From positions 1 through 46,177 of IMG/VR virus record IMGVR_UViG_3300035156_000180: a DNA stretch of 46,177 bases; one strand, given 5' to 3'. The notes beneath the pieces are model-generated. The model was not told the DNA's origin, ran no database searches, and was given only the letters and a program-made list of their open reading frames with translations. How positions within the stretch are numbered: the stretch's first letter is position 1; each line of letters opens with the position of its first letter. This document shows, one piece after another, positions 45,426 to 46,177 of the stretch. A program made the position numbers and the translations under genes. The DNA comes from a virus.

Positions 45426-46177
45426 TTAAAAAGTGGTTATTACTATTACGATACCCTGGGCACCCGCGCCACCACCGCCGGAGTTGCCAACGCTATCAGT
45501 AGCTGCGCCCCCACCGCCGCCGCCTGCGCCATAAAGCCCACCAGCACCGCCGGTACCACCGTTGGTTGTTAGGCTAGAACCACCGCCGCCGCCAGCCGAG
45601 CCACCCTGCATGGCACTTACGCCTAAAGACGTACCAGCGCCACCGTTGGAATCTACGGCTCCTGCCGTTCCTCCGGCTACGGTAGTGTTGCGGCCGGCCT
45701 CCGTAGCACTGCTTGAAAGCGCACCCCCGGTACCGCCAGCCGAGGCTACGTTAGCAGCTGTAATGCCGCCCCCGGAACCACCACCGGCACCAGATAAGCG
45801 GCTGGATTGGCCACCGTTACCAGCAACACCGGTAGCAGTAGATGCAATACCGGCCGCGCCGTTTGTTTGGTTGCTGGCAGCTGGGTAGCCCATACCGCCC
45901 GCGCCACCGTTTGCGGCTGCACTGTTACCACCACCGGAACCGGCAAGCCCTGGTGTTGTCTTAAACCAGGCACCAAACGAGCTGGCTAAGCCAGGGCTGC
46001 CGCCTGTACCGCTGGTTGAGTTTGCGGTTATAGCTGGCGCACCGTTACCACCGGCACCAACCGTTACAGTTTCGGTAGCTGCCAAAGCTGCAGCTGGGAT
46101 TATAAAGTCGCCCAGGCCCCCGGCACCGCCACCACCACCGCCAATTCTAAGCGTACCGGCTGCACCCTTGCGGCCAC
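45426..46177 (-). CDS. Glycine-rich fibre-like protein, C-terminal part. The N-terminus is at 254-128 across the junction.
   Basis: The ORF is open to the window end. Joining through the 127-bp repeat gives an 879-nt gene (292 aa). Confidence 0.7.
   Translation of the reverse strand, partial: GRKGAAGTLRIGGGGGGAGGLGDFIIPAAALAATETVTVGAGGNGAPAITANSTSGTGGSPGLASSFGAWFKTTPGLAGSGGGNSAAANGGAGGMGYPAASNQTNGAAGIASTATGVAGNGGQSSRLSGAGGGSGGGITAANVASAGGTGGALSSSATEAGRNTTVAGGTAGAVDSNGGAGTSLGVSAMQGGSAGGGGGSSLTTNGGTGGAGGLYGAGGGGGGAATDSVGNSGGGGAGAQGIVIVITTF
46051..46177. repeat. Terminal direct repeat, identical to 1-127
   Basis: Read directly. Confidence 0.95.

Noticed and set aside
44318-46177. Repeat-rich fibre genes as the variable-region target of a diversity-generating retroelement
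   Set aside because: No reverse transcriptase gene and no template-repeat/variable-repeat pair with adenine-specific differences could be found anywhere in the window.
1-46177. Search by eye for integrase, CI/Cro-type repressor, tRNA genes, CRISPR arrays and transposase
   Set aside because: None was recognised. The absence rests on visual inspection and needs tRNAscan, HMM searches and CRISPR finders to confirm. The lifestyle (virulent versus temperate) is therefore left open, leaning virulent.

Overview
The window is a complete tailed-phage genome of siphovirus type. Bases 1-127 are identical to 46051-46177, so the unique unit is 46050 bp, and one gene (a glycine-rich fibre-like protein) is split by the linearisation point. 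GC looks slightly above 50% by eye (not computed).

Strong Shine-Dalgarno sites, a CHAP-type lysin with Pro/Ala linkers, and YopX, RecT/YqaJ and KGG-type genes suggest an SD-using, probably Gram-positive host. This is inference only.

There are three transcription blocks:

1. **Late block (minus strand).** It runs from 11275 down to 1 and wraps to 46177-30596. Gene order is terS, terL, Mu/DUF935-like portal, Mu-F/SPP1-gp7 head morphogenesis protein, protease/scaffold, decoration-like protein, major capsid, a fibre module (GH5 depolymerase fibre, Gly-rich protein, 20-residue-repeat protein), adaptor/neck genes, tail tube, chaperone with a -1 frameshift, tape measure, Dit, Tal-like protein, CHAP lysin, holin-like protein, VRR-NUC.
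2. **Early/middle block (minus strand), 23773-11369.** It carries a ParB-MTase / AdoMet decarboxylase / mini-membrane-protein cassette, many small ORFs, a J-domain protein, YopX, a PIF1-like helicase, a membrane GT2 synthase-like glycosyltransferase, a HAD phosphatase, a replication-organiser-like protein and a KGG stress-protein homologue.
3. **Early block (plus strand), 24805-30599.** It carries Gp157-like, RecT, YqaJ exonuclease and an H1-like repeat protein.

I found no integrase, CI-type repressor, tRNA, CRISPR array or reverse transcriptase.

By hand I found:
- a promoter family, TTGCAT-N17-TAnnnT;
- several intrinsic terminators;
- leaderless start geometries;
- five extra ORFs below the 60-aa cutoff of the ORF track;
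- a recurrent late-operon junction motif.

The most interesting candidates are:
- the insulated ParB-MTase + SAM decarboxylase cassette;
- the processive-type GT2;
- a small protein carrying an SSB C-terminal tip;
- a promoter/terminator-bracketed leaderless membrane-protein moron facing a convergent promoter;
- a fibre protein with strict 20-residue periodicity.

All family assignments come from motif recognition by eye. No database search was run.
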